From Candidatus Nealsonbacteria bacterium (GTDB lineage Bacteria; Patescibacteriota; Minisyncoccia; Minisyncoccales; PWPS01), in contig PWNV01000011.1 of NCBI GenBank assembly GCA_003557645.1, positions 13,640 to 77,639 on the forward strand: 64,000 nt of DNA, in the 5' to 3' direction. Below, piece after piece: positions 51,613 through 60,313 of this stretch. The notes under the pieces were generated by a model. The model saw only the letters and a list, made by a program, of their open reading frames with translations. It did not search any database and had not been told where the DNA came from. Numbering within the stretch: the stretch's first letter is position 1; each line of letters begins with the position of its first letter. Both the position numbers and the translations under genes were made by a program.

Positions 51613-53520
51613 ATGCCTAAAAAATCAGAGTATAACGCAAAGGACATCAGTGTATTAAGGGGGCTTGATCCGGTACGAAAAAGGCCAGGGATGTATATCG
51701 GGTCTACGGGGGTTGATGGTCTTCATCACCTTATATGGGAGTGTGTTGATAACTTTATTGATGAGTTTATGGGTGGACACGGAAGTAGGGGATCAGTGAC
51801 TCTTCACGCAGATAACAAAGTAGAGGTAAGTGACGATGGAAGAGGGATTCCTGTCGACAAACACAAAGAAACAGGGAAGCCTGCCCTCGAGACGGTGATG
51901 ACAACGCTACACGCAGGTGCTAAGTTTGGAAGTAAAGCGTATCAAGTTTCTGGGGGTTTGCACGGAGTGGGAATTTCTGTTGTTTGTGCTCTCTCTGAAT
52001 GGATGAGAGCAGAGGTTTGTCGTGACGGTTATAAATATTCTCAAGAATACAAGCGAGGCGAGGTGGTTGCAAAGCTTAAAAAAGAAGGACCAACAAAAGA
52101 GACGGGAACTACGATTATTTTTCAACCAGATCCAGAGATTTTTAAAGAAGTTAAATTTGATTCCAAAAAAATACTGGATCATCTAAGACAGCAAGCATAT
52201 CTTACAAAGGGTATTAAGATTGATTTCAAAGACAGAAGAAACCCGATAGAAGAGAAGAGATCATTTTATTTTGAGGGAGGAATATTATCTTATGTTAAGC
52301 ATTTAACTAAAAGATCTGAACCTCTTTCGCCTAACGTTTTTTACTGCACAGGAGAGGAGAATGGTGTCATTATTGAGGCTGCATTTCGTTATACTCAAGA
52401 GTATGAAATATACGAGGAAAGCTTTGCCAACAATATCAATACCAAGGAAGGGGGAACTCATCTTACTGGTTTTCGTGTTGCACTTACCAGAACGATTAAC
52501 AATTATGCAAAAAGAGAAGGGTATTTAAAAGAAACAGAGGATAATCTAAGAGGGGAAGATATAAGGGAAGGTTTAACCAGTGTTGTTTCAGTTAAAATAA
52601 GGGAGCCACAGTTTGAAGGACAAACCAAAGCAAAACTTGGAAATGTGGAAGCTCGATCGGCAACAGAGAACTTAGTTTCAGAGGCACTGCTTGATTTCTT
52701 TGAAAGAAATCCTCAAGACACGAGAGCAATCATTAATAAATGTGTTCTTTCGGCAAAGGCGAGAAAAGCCGCAAAAGCAGTTAGAGAAACTGTTCTTCGA
52801 AAAGGAGCTCTCGAGGGGCTGTCTCTTCCTGGGAAGCTTTCGGACTGCACAACAAAGAAGCCCGAAGAATCAGAGCTCTATATTGTTGAGGGAGAATCAG
52901 CAGGAGGTAGTTGTAAAGGAGCACGAGACCGTAGATTTCAAGCAATCCTTCCTCTTAAGGGTAAAATTTTAAACGTTGAGCGCTATCGCATGAATAAAAT
53001 ACTAGACTCGAAGGAGGTGAGAGCTCTTGTGATTGCCCTTGGAACAGCGATTGCGGAAGACTTTGATATAGAGAAGTTACGCTATCAGAGAATAATTATT
53101 ATGTGTGATGCAGATTCAGATGGAAACCATATTAAGACACTGCTTCTTACTTTGTTTTTTCGTCATTTCCGACCACTGATTGAAAAGGGATATGTTTATA
53201 TAGCAAGGCCGCCTCTTTATAAAATTCAGGCTGGGAAGAGGGTTGAGTATGCTTATATGGAGGAGGATAAAGCTGAAATACTTGGAGATATAAAAGGAGA
53301 TGCAGTGGACATTCAGCGATATAAGGGTCTTGGTGAAATGAATCCAGAACAACTATGGGAGACGACAATGAATCCAGAAAATAGAATGCTAAAGCAGGTA
53401 ACGGTGGAAGATGCGCAAGAAGCAGATCAAGTTTTTGATGCTCTTATGGGGACTGAGGTTGCGCTACGGAAAAACTTTATTAAAACACATGCTAAAGACA
53501 CAAAAAACTTGGATGTATAG
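51613..53520 (+). CDS. gyrB: DNA gyrase subunit B
   Basis: 635 aa. GHKL region GLHHLIWECVDN...GGLHGVG. Toprim EGESAGGS and DADSDGNHI. Confidence 0.95.
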   Translation: MPKKSEYNAKDISVLRGLDPVRKRPGMYIGSTGVDGLHHLIWECVDNFIDEFMGGHGSRGSVTLHADNKVEVSDDGRGIPVDKHKETGKPALETVMTTLHAGAKFGSKAYQVSGGLHGVGISVVCALSEWMRAEVCRDGYKYSQEYKRGEVVAKLKKEGPTKETGTTIIFQPDPEIFKEVKFDSKKILDHLRQQAYLTKGIKIDFKDRRNPIEEKRSFYFEGGILSYVKHLTKRSEPLSPNVFYCTGEENGVIIEAAFRYTQEYEIYEESFANNINTKEGGTHLTGFRVALTRTINNYAKREGYLKETEDNLRGEDIREGLTSVVSVKIREPQFEGQTKAKLGNVEARSATENLVSEALLDFFERNPQDTRAIINKCVLSAKARKAAKAVRETVLRKGALEGLSLPGKLSDCTTKKPEESELYIVEGESAGGSCKGARDRRFQAILPLKGKILNVERYRMNKILDSKEVRALVIALGTAIAEDFDIEKLRYQRIIIMCDADSDGNHIKTLLLTLFFRHFRPLIEKGYVYIARPPLYKIQAGKRVEYAYMEEDKAEILGDIKGDAVDIQRYKGLGEMNPEQLWETTMNPENRMLKQVTVEDAQEADQVFDALMGTEVALRKNFIKTHAKDTKNLDV

Positions 53521-53521
53521 T

Positions 53522-53550
53522 TTGACAAGGTGCGATTTCTGCCTTATAAT
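53522..53550 (+). promoter_or_regulatory. consensus sigma70-type promoter of secE-nusG-rplK
   Basis: TTGACA (53522-53527), 17-nt spacer, TATAAT (53545-53550). Confidence 0.55.
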
Positions 53551-53597
53551 TGCGTGGTAAGCCCAAAGCAGGCTTTTTTAGTAAGCGATAATTTTTT

Positions 53598-53777
53598 ATG
53601 AAAAGTATAATTCAATTCTTAAAAGAGGCTAGGCAGGAAGTAAGAAAGGTGAGTTGGCCAACAAGGACAGATACTTTTAGAAATGCAATAATAGTAATAG
53701 TTGCTTCGTTTCTGGTTGCCCTTTATCTTGGTGGTATAGATTTTATTATTAGAAGGATAATGGAAAGAGTTATTTAA
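53598..53777 (+). CDS. secE: preprotein translocase subunit SecE
   Basis: 59-aa ORF not in the track: MKSIIQFLKEARQEVRKVSWPTRTDTFRNAIIVIVASFLVALYLGGIDFIIRRIMERVI. Immediately precedes nusG. Confidence 0.88.
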   Translation: MKSIIQFLKEARQEVRKVSWPTRTDTFRNAIIVIVASFLVALYLGGIDFIIRRIMERVI

Positions 53778-53778
53778 A

Positions 53779-54327
53779 ATGTCTAGACAAAAGGAAGTTT
53801 CACATGAAAAAAGGTGGTATGTTATTCATACTTATTCTGGCTACGAAGAGGCTGTAGCTAGTAATTTAGAGCAAAGGAAAGAGGCTTTTGGTGTGGAAGA
53901 TAAGATTTTTGATGTAATTGTTCCAAAAGAGAAAAAAATTAGAATTAGGGATGGGAAGAGAAAAGAAGTAGAGGAAAAGCTGTATCCTGGATATGTGCTT
54001 GTGCAAATGATTGTTACTGATGAATCTTGGTATGTTGTTCGCAACACACCAAATGTTAGTGGTTTTGTCGGGGCAGGGACAACACCTGTTCCACTCACAC
54101 AAGAAGAAGTGGATATTTTAATGAAAAGAATAAAAGAAGATGTTCCTCAATTCAAAATAAATGTAGAAGAAGGGGATATGGTTAAAATTACGGATGGGCC
54201 GTTTAAGGATTTTGATGGGAAAATTTCCGAGGTAGACAGAGAGAGAGGAAAGGTTAAGGTGCTAGTTAATATGTTTGGAAGGGACACTTCTGTAGAGCTC
54301 GATTCACTGCAGATAAAGAAGTTATGA
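53779..54327 (+). CDS. nusG: transcription termination/antitermination factor NusG
   Basis: 182 aa. NGN start RWYVIHTYSGYE and KOW GDMVKITDGPFKDFDGKISEV. Confidence 0.94.
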   Translation: MSRQKEVSHEKRWYVIHTYSGYEEAVASNLEQRKEAFGVEDKIFDVIVPKEKKIRIRDGKRKEVEEKLYPGYVLVQMIVTDESWYVVRNTPNVSGFVGAGTTPVPLTQEEVDILMKRIKEDVPQFKINVEEGDMVKITDGPFKDFDGKISEVDRERGKVKVLVNMFGRDTSVELDSLQIKKL

Positions 54328-54363
54328 ATGGAGTTAGAGTAATTACAAATAAAAAATATAATT

Positions 54364-54789
54364 ATGGCGAAGAAAGTTAAAGGAATAGTAAAATTACAAA
54401 TTGAGGGAGGGAAAGCTACGCCTGCTCCTCCAATTGGTCCGGCTCTAGCACAGTATGGAGTTAACATGGGTCAGTTTTGTCAAGAATTCAATGATCGTAC
54501 CAAGGAAAGAGCGGGGACCACGGTGCCAGTGGAGATTACTATATTTGAAGGTGGGGCTTATGAATTTATTCTAAAAAAAGCTCCTGCATCTGAACTTCTT
54601 TTAAAGGCTGCAGGAATAGAGAAAGGCTCTGGGAGTCCCAAGAAAAAGAAAGTCGGGAAAATTAATAGAGAGAAGCTAAAGGAAATAGCAGAAGAAAAGA
54701 TGGATGATTTAAATACTGAGAATATTGAAGCTGCAATGCGCATAATTGAAGGAACTGCAAAGAATATGGGGATTGAAATAAAAGATTAA
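54364..54789 (+). CDS. rplK: 50S ribosomal protein L11
   Basis: 141 aa. [25 protein letters not shown]. Confidence 0.95.
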   Translation: MAKKVKGIVKLQIEGGKATPAPPIGPALAQYGVNMGQFCQEFNDRTKERAGTTVPVEITIFEGGAYEFILKKAPASELLLKAAGIEKGSGSPKKKKVGKINREKLKEIAEEKMDDLNTENIEAAMRIIEGTAKNMGIEIKD

Positions 54790-54796
54790 TTCATTT

Positions 54797-55411
54797 ATGG
54801 ATTTTTTGAAATCTAAACAAGAAAAAGGGGACGGAGACCCCTTTTTCTTCGAGAAGAATCTAAAGAATAGATTTATTCCTGGGCACAAAAGGTTAAAAGA
54901 AACAGTGTCTTTGCTAAGAGATTCTGGGAAAAAAATTGTACTAACTCAAGGTGTGTGGGATCTTATTCACGAAGGACACGCGGTTTATCTAGAAGCTGCT
55001 AAGTCCTTTGGGGATATTCTTATTGTGGGAGTGGACTCTGATGAATTAACACGTTCTCGAAAAGGCCCGAATCGTCCAATTGTTCCCCAAGAAGAGAGAA
55101 CGAGAATGCTTTCTCATTTACGACATGTTGATATTGTTACTTTAAGAGAAATTGATGAGGATATAGGCGATCTTATTAGATTGGTTTGTCCAGATGTTCT
55201 TGTAACTTCAAAGAGCACCTCTGACTTCACTAAGAAGATGAAAAAAGACTATGAAAGCTACTGTGGCAAAATTGTAACGCTTCCTCCACAGGCCACGACA
55301 TCAACAACAGCAAGGATAAGAAATCTTACCATAGAAGGAGCTGAGCAACTTGCTTGTGAAGTAAGAAACATGACAGAAGAGTTTATAGAAAAAATCAAAA
55401 AAGGAAAATGA
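54797..55411 (+). CDS. cytidylyltransferase-family nucleotidyltransferase (TagD / RfaE-domain-II-like)
   Basis: 204 aa. HxGH motif DLIHEGH and C-terminal TSTTARIR (ISTT-like) motif. Confidence 0.75.
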   Translation: MDFLKSKQEKGDGDPFFFEKNLKNRFIPGHKRLKETVSLLRDSGKKIVLTQGVWDLIHEGHAVYLEAAKSFGDILIVGVDSDELTRSRKGPNRPIVPQEERTRMLSHLRHVDIVTLREIDEDIGDLIRLVCPDVLVTSKSTSDFTKKMKKDYESYCGKIVTLPPQATTSTTARIRNLTIEGAEQLACEVRNMTEEFIEKIKKGK

Positions 55412-56235
55412 AGGCACTCATCATTTATGCTCCAGCCTTGCATCGAGCTTATATAGAATTATTCAAGAAGCATCATGATGCTTCTATTTTCTTATTGGGC
55501 TCTGAATTCGTACACAGATTTCCGCGAATGGAGAGAGATATTCGCGCTCTTGATGCAGACAGTGTCAAAAAAGCTCTCAACGGCATGGGATTTTCTAATG
55601 TGAAAGTTTTAAAAGAAAGTGATTTAAAAAGAATCACTAAAAGCGATAAAGTCATTATGCCAGAAGAAGATGTTAGCCATAATTTTGTTAAAAAACATTT
55701 ACAGAACAAGGACGTAGAGTTTGTAAATGTTTTTTTAAGATGGGATAAAAGTAACACGAAAAAGAAAAGTGCAGTAATTACAAATGAAGCTATTTCCAGA
55801 GATGAGTTTGATAGAAGAATGATGATTAAGGCGAGAGAGGAATCCAAGAAAAGTCCAGACTGGTGGCGACAAATAGGCGCCGTCATTGTAAAAGATGGGA
55901 AAGCTCTTGTTTCTGGGTTTAACAAGCCACTACCTATTACTCAAATACATAATATTTTTGGTGATCCCCGAAGTAATTATGATCACGGTGAGTCGTATGA
56001 GCTTTCCAAGTTTATTCATGCTGAGGCTGGACTTATTGCTGTTGCAGCAAAAAATGGAATGAAAATTGACGGAGCATCTATTTACGTTACGACATTTCCT
56101 TGCCCTTCTTGCGCTAAATCTATTGCCGTAGCGGGCATAAAAGAAGTCTATTATAGCGAAGGATACTCTCTGCTAGATGCAGAAGATATTTTGAAGTCTT
56201 TTGGAGTTAAAATCGTAAGAGTAAGAGAGGATTAA
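55408..56235 (+). CDS. dCMP deaminase (ComEB-like) with an unassigned N-terminal domain
   Basis: 275 aa. C-terminal half has the zinc motifs HAEAGLI and PCPSCAKSI. The first 130 aa or so match nothing I recognise. ATGA overlap with the upstream gene. Confidence 0.8.
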   Translation: MKALIIYAPALHRAYIELFKKHHDASIFLLGSEFVHRFPRMERDIRALDADSVKKALNGMGFSNVKVLKESDLKRITKSDKVIMPEEDVSHNFVKKHLQNKDVEFVNVFLRWDKSNTKKKSAVITNEAISRDEFDRRMMIKAREESKKSPDWWRQIGAVIVKDGKALVSGFNKPLPITQIHNIFGDPRSNYDHGESYELSKFIHAEAGLIAVAAKNGMKIDGASIYVTTFPCPSCAKSIAVAGIKEVYYSEGYSLLDAEDILKSFGVKIVRVRED

Positions 56236-56239
56236 AAGT

Positions 56240-56686
56240 CTATCCAATTCGAGCTAGAATAGGAGAGCCCTGATTACCCTTAGAGACTACTAGGTGAAAG
56301 TGGAGGTGTGTGACTGTAGCTCCAGTGTTGCTATTACCAAATCTCACAAAAACCGAACCACCATCAATATTAAATTCTTTAATTATTGTTGATATTAGTT
56401 CTTGTAAATCCGCCCACCCCTTTGCGCTTAGTTCTTCTATTGTGGATACATGTTTTTTGTGGATAAAAAGAAAATGAAACTTTGCTCCATCGTAGGGATA
56501 CATATTTTCTGTCGCGATCCAAGAAAAATTTTCTGCGATTATCGGGTTTTTGTGATAATTTGACAAGTGTTCAGGGCAGAAAGGACAGACGCCCTCTTTT
56601 TCTATTCTATCAATGACTTTCTCATAGTTTTTACTCTTATCGTTTGGACGATTTGCGTTTTTTAAATTGACAAATTTTTTTTCCAT
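56240..56686 (-). CDS. HIT-family nucleotide hydrolase/transferase
   Basis: 148 aa. Histidine triad HLHFHLV and N-terminal CPFCPEH. Confidence 0.8.
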   Translation of the reverse strand: MEKKFVNLKNANRPNDKSKNYEKVIDRIEKEGVCPFCPEHLSNYHKNPIIAENFSWIATENMYPYDGAKFHFLFIHKKHVSTIEELSAKGWADLQELISTIIKEFNIDGGSVFVRFGNSNTGATVTHLHFHLVVSKGNQGSPILARIG

Positions 56687-56691
56687 ATATT

Positions 56692-57579
56692 TTATACCGG
56701 AGTTGGTATTCCCATTTTCGGGTGCGGATCATAATCCTTTAAAGTGAAGTGATTAACTCGAAAATCAAATATATTGTTTATTGATCTATCTATCTCGACT
56801 GTGGGAAATACCCTTGGTTTTCTTGAGATCAGTTCTTCTGCTTTTTCAAATTGGCTTTCATAAATATGGGTGTCAGAAAAAGTATAAGTAATATCCTTAA
56901 AGCTGTAACCGATAATATGAGAAACCATGAGGCCAAAAGCAGCGTACTGAATAATATTAAAGGGAACTCCAACAGGGAAGTCGGCGCTTCTTTGAAAATG
57001 ATGTATTGATATCTCTTTGGTTTCTGGAAAGGCCAATATATGGATCCATCCATGACAAGGAGCAACCACAACTCTTCTTGTTCTGTTTTTGTGTTGAATT
57101 GTGTATTGAGGAATCCATGGTGAGATAAAATGAGTTCTAAGATAGGGCCTTTCTTTCAATTGAGTTATCACTTCTTTTATCTGATTAAAAGGTGATCCTT
57201 CTTTTGTGGGGAAGGATGCCCAAGCGGCTCCGTACGAGCCATCTCCAAGGTCTCCTTCGGGAAGATTGAAGTTTGCGCACTTTTCTTTTGTAACCCAACG
57301 GTGCCACCACTTACAACCAAAACTCTCTAACTCTTCTTGTGTCCTTCCTCCATTAAGAAAGGCGATGTGTTCGGCGATGGCGCCCTCAAAAAAAGGGCCA
57401 GAGAGATCTCTTTCGGTTATTACAGGAAAGCCGTTGCTTATATCATATTTTAACTGAGCACCGACAATCATTTTTGTTTTTTCTCCGTGAATCGGCATCA
57501 CTTCACGCCCCTCTTTCATTATTTTTTTTAAAACGTCTTGATATTGACTGTCAGGGATGCGTTGTTCTATTGGTTTCAT
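56692..57579 (-). CDS. thyA: thymidylate synthase (ThyA family)
   Basis: Catalytic APCHGW and FQRSADFPVGVPFNI. I prefer the ATG at 57579 (MKPIEQRIPDSQYQD) over the track start at 57642, which would leave 4 bp to folA. Confidence 0.82.
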   Translation of the reverse strand: MKPIEQRIPDSQYQDVLKKIMKEGREVMPIHGEKTKMIVGAQLKYDISNGFPVITERDLSGPFFEGAIAEHIAFLNGGRTQEELESFGCKWWHRWVTKEKCANFNLPEGDLGDGSYGAAWASFPTKEGSPFNQIKEVITQLKERPYLRTHFISPWIPQYTIQHKNRTRRVVVAPCHGWIHILAFPETKEISIHHFQRSADFPVGVPFNIIQYAAFGLMVSHIIGYSFKDITYTFSDTHIYESQFEKAEELISRKPRVFPTVEIDRSINNIFDFRVNHFTLKDYDPHPKMGIPTPV

Positions 57580-57589
57580 TTTTTTAAAA

Positions 57590-57618
57590 TTGTTAGATAT
57601 AAAAGCTTTTGCTATAAT
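57590..57618 (+). promoter_or_regulatory. candidate promoter of folA
   Basis: TTGTTA (57590-57595), 17-nt spacer, TATAAT (57613-57618). The leader contains GGAGAGAGAG. Confidence 0.5.
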
Positions 57619-57646
57619 ATCACGGAGAGAGAGTATTATCAATATA

Positions 57647-58123
57647 ATGACTCAAAAAAAGATCTCAATTATAGTAGCGACTGACAACAGAGGCCTTATT
57701 GGAAAAGGGAATGAGTTGCCGTGGAGTTTTTCTGAGGATCTGCAATATTTTAAAGAAAAAACAATGGGGAAGTTCGTTATTATGGGTGATAGGACTTACA
57801 GGTCGATCGGAAAAAGTCTTCCAGGAAGGAAAGTCATAGTCTTGTCCAAAAGTGGTGATCTAGGCGATGGTAAGGTTCAGGTGGCTGACTCTATTGAAAG
57901 CGCCTTAGCTAAGACGGAAGGAGAAGTGATGGTCGCAGGAGGGGCTTCTGTTTATAAGCAGTTTTTAGAAATTGCAAATAGAATCTACTTAACCATGATT
58001 GACAAAGAATTTGAAGGAGATGTTTATTTTCCAAAATTTAATAAATCTGATTGGGTAGTTTCAAGCGAAAAAAAAGGTGATAACAATCTTTTAAATTTTC
58101 AAATCCTAGAACGAAAAAGATAA
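57647..58123 (+). CDS. folA: dihydrofolate reductase
   Basis: 158 aa from MTQKKISIIVATDNRGLIGKGNELPW. Track start 57557 rejected because it overlaps thyA and the promoter. Confidence 0.88.
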   Translation: MTQKKISIIVATDNRGLIGKGNELPWSFSEDLQYFKEKTMGKFVIMGDRTYRSIGKSLPGRKVIVLSKSGDLGDGKVQVADSIESALAKTEGEVMVAGGASVYKQFLEIANRIYLTMIDKEFEGDVYFPKFNKSDWVVSSEKKGDNNLLNFQILERKR

Positions 58124-58130
58124 ACAGAAA

Positions 58131-58159
58131 TTGATTAAGGGCGCAGTTTGTGTTATCAT
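58131..58159 (+). promoter_or_regulatory. candidate promoter of deoC-gatB
   Basis: TTGATT (58131-58136), 17-nt spacer, TATCAT (58154-58159). Confidence 0.35.
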
Positions 58160-58190
58160 TGAAATATTATTAGCTTAATTAAATTATTTT

Positions 58191-58847
58191 ATGAGTATTG
58201 CAAAAACTATTGATCACACTAACATAAGGAAAGATGCAACTGTTGATGATATTAAAGAGCTTTGTCAGGAGGCGAGAGAAAATCATTTTCACGGGGTTTG
58301 TATCAATCCAGAATGGGTAAAGTTGGCTGCTGAGGAACTTAAAGGAAGCTCTGTAAAAGTTGTAGTTCTTATTGATCCTCCGATGGGGCTTGGATCTCAT
58401 GAAGAGAGAGTAAGGGTTTGCAATAAAGCAAAAGAAGATGGAGCGAATGAGTTGGATATAGTGATAAATATTGTTGATTTAAAGCACGAGCGCTATGATA
58501 AAATAATGGAAGATTTAACTCCAATATGCCTTATCTTACCCACAAAAGTAATTATCGGCTCTGGATACTTAACCGATAACGAGATAAAGAAGGCTTCCGA
58601 AATCGTAAAAAACGCAGGAGCGATTTGTGTTAAGACAGCAACCTTTAAAGATCCCTTAGAGGAGAGGGAGGTAGAGGAAAAGGCTTATCATTTAAAATTG
58701 ATGAAAGAGCACGCTCCTGGTCTTTTAATTAAAGCTTCGGGAAATATTAGAAACTACGAGCAAGCAAAGTACATGGTTGAGGTAGGAGCAGATATTATTG
58801 GAACAAGTTCGGGAGTTGAAATTATTAAAGAAGAAGGCAATGTATAA
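58191..58847 (+). CDS. deoC: deoxyribose-phosphate aldolase
   Basis: 218 aa. IDHTNIRKDATVDDIKELC...GVCINPEWV...ELDIVINI...CVKTATF matches the DeoC layout with its Schiff-base lysine. Confidence 0.82.
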   Translation: MSIAKTIDHTNIRKDATVDDIKELCQEARENHFHGVCINPEWVKLAAEELKGSSVKVVVLIDPPMGLGSHEERVRVCNKAKEDGANELDIVINIVDLKHERYDKIMEDLTPICLILPTKVIIGSGYLTDNEIKKASEIVKNAGAICVKTATFKDPLEEREVEEKAYHLKLMKEHAPGLLIKASGNIRNYEQAKYMVEVGADIIGTSSGVEIIKEEGNV

Positions 58848-60309
58848 GCCGGTAATCGGACTGGAGATACACACTCAACTCAAAACAGAGTCAAAGATGT
58901 TTTGTTCTTGTCCGAACAGATCATCTGTTAAAGAACCGAACATCAATATTTGCCCTGTTTGCTTGGGCCATCCAGGGACACTTCCAGTAATAAACGAGGA
59001 GGCCGTAAAGAAGGTGCTAGAAGTGGGCATGGCTCTTGATTGTGAGCTAAGAGATGTTTCTCGATTTGATCGAAAGAATTATTTTTATCCCGACCTACCG
59101 AAAGGTTATCAGATATCACAAGACAGACGACCCCTTTGTTATGAAGGGTTTTTGGACATTAAAGGGAAAAGAGTTCGTATTAAGCGTATCCATTTAGAAG
59201 AAGACACCGGAAAGCTTTTTCATGACGAAAAAGAACAGTCTTCTCTAGTAGATTTTAATCGTGCAGGAATCCCCTTGATGGAGCTTGTAACAGAGCCTGA
59301 TATTCGCTCCGGTTACGAGGCTTACAAGTTTGCTGAAGAATTGCAGCTTATTTTTCGTTACTTGGAAATATCAGACGCAAATATGCAAGAAGGGCAGATG
59401 AGGGTGGAAGTGAATATTTCGATTTCCCACATGGAAGGAAGATTGGGGACGAAAGTAGAAATTAAAAATTTGAATTCATTTCGTGCTGTACAAAGAGCGG
59501 TGGACTATGAAATTAAAAGACAGAGCGGTATTTTAGAAAACGGGAAGCATGTATTGATGGAAACCAGGGGCTGGAATGAAAAGAAAGAGGAAACCTTTGC
59601 GCAGAGAGAAAAGGAAGAGGCGTTTGATTATCGTTATTTTCCAGAACCAGACCTTCCACCAATGTATCTGAATGATCCTCCTTTTAATAAGCAAAACATC
59701 AAACTAAAGACGGAGCTTCCTCAGAAAAAAAGAGAACGCTTTAAGAACGAGTACGGCATAGAAGAGGAAAAAGAGATGGAGGTGTTTATCGCTGATAGGG
59801 ATCTGGCGGATTATTTTGAACGAATTATGAGTGAGACTCTGAACTGGACCAAAGAATGGGATGAAAAAAGCAAAGTACAAAAAAGAGAGAAGAATCAATT
59901 GACTCGTCTTGTTGTTAATTATCTTTTAACGGACTTTCTTGGCCTAATAAAGGAAAAGACAGCCAAGGACACGCTTATTACCTCAGAAAACTTTGCAGAG
60001 CTTATAATGTTAGTTTATAAGAAAGAGATATCTAGTAAAATGGCTAAAGATCTTTTAAAGGAGATGCACGAAACAGGAGGGGATCCCTCACAAATAATTG
60101 AAGAAAAGGGCTTATCTCAAATTAAAAATACCGAGGAGGCTAAAAGTCTTATTAAAGAAGTAATAGAGGAAAACAGCGGAGCAGTGATTGATTATAAAGA
60201 GGGCAAAAAAGAGGCTTTGCAGTTTCTAGTTGGAAAGGTGATGGCCAAAACAAAGGGTAGATTAGACCCAGAAAAGGCCCTTGATGAAATAAAAAAGATA
60301 ATAGATTAG
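58840..60309 (+). CDS. gatB: Asp/Glu-tRNA amidotransferase subunit B
   Basis: MYKPVIGLEIHTQL...CPVCLGHPGTLP. ATG at 58840 preferred to the track start 58798. Confidence 0.93.
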   Translation: MYKPVIGLEIHTQLKTESKMFCSCPNRSSVKEPNINICPVCLGHPGTLPVINEEAVKKVLEVGMALDCELRDVSRFDRKNYFYPDLPKGYQISQDRRPLCYEGFLDIKGKRVRIKRIHLEEDTGKLFHDEKEQSSLVDFNRAGIPLMELVTEPDIRSGYEAYKFAEELQLIFRYLEISDANMQEGQMRVEVNISISHMEGRLGTKVEIKNLNSFRAVQRAVDYEIKRQSGILENGKHVLMETRGWNEKKEETFAQREKEEAFDYRYFPEPDLPPMYLNDPPFNKQNIKLKTELPQKKRERFKNEYGIEEEKEMEVFIADRDLADYFERIMSETLNWTKEWDEKSKVQKREKNQLTRLVVNYLLTDFLGLIKEKTAKDTLITSENFAELIMLVYKKEISSKMAKDLLKEMHETGGDPSQIIEEKGLSQIKNTEEAKSLIKEVIEENSGAVIDYKEGKKEALQFLVGKVMAKTKGRLDPEKALDEIKKIID

Positions 60310-60313
60310 AAAC

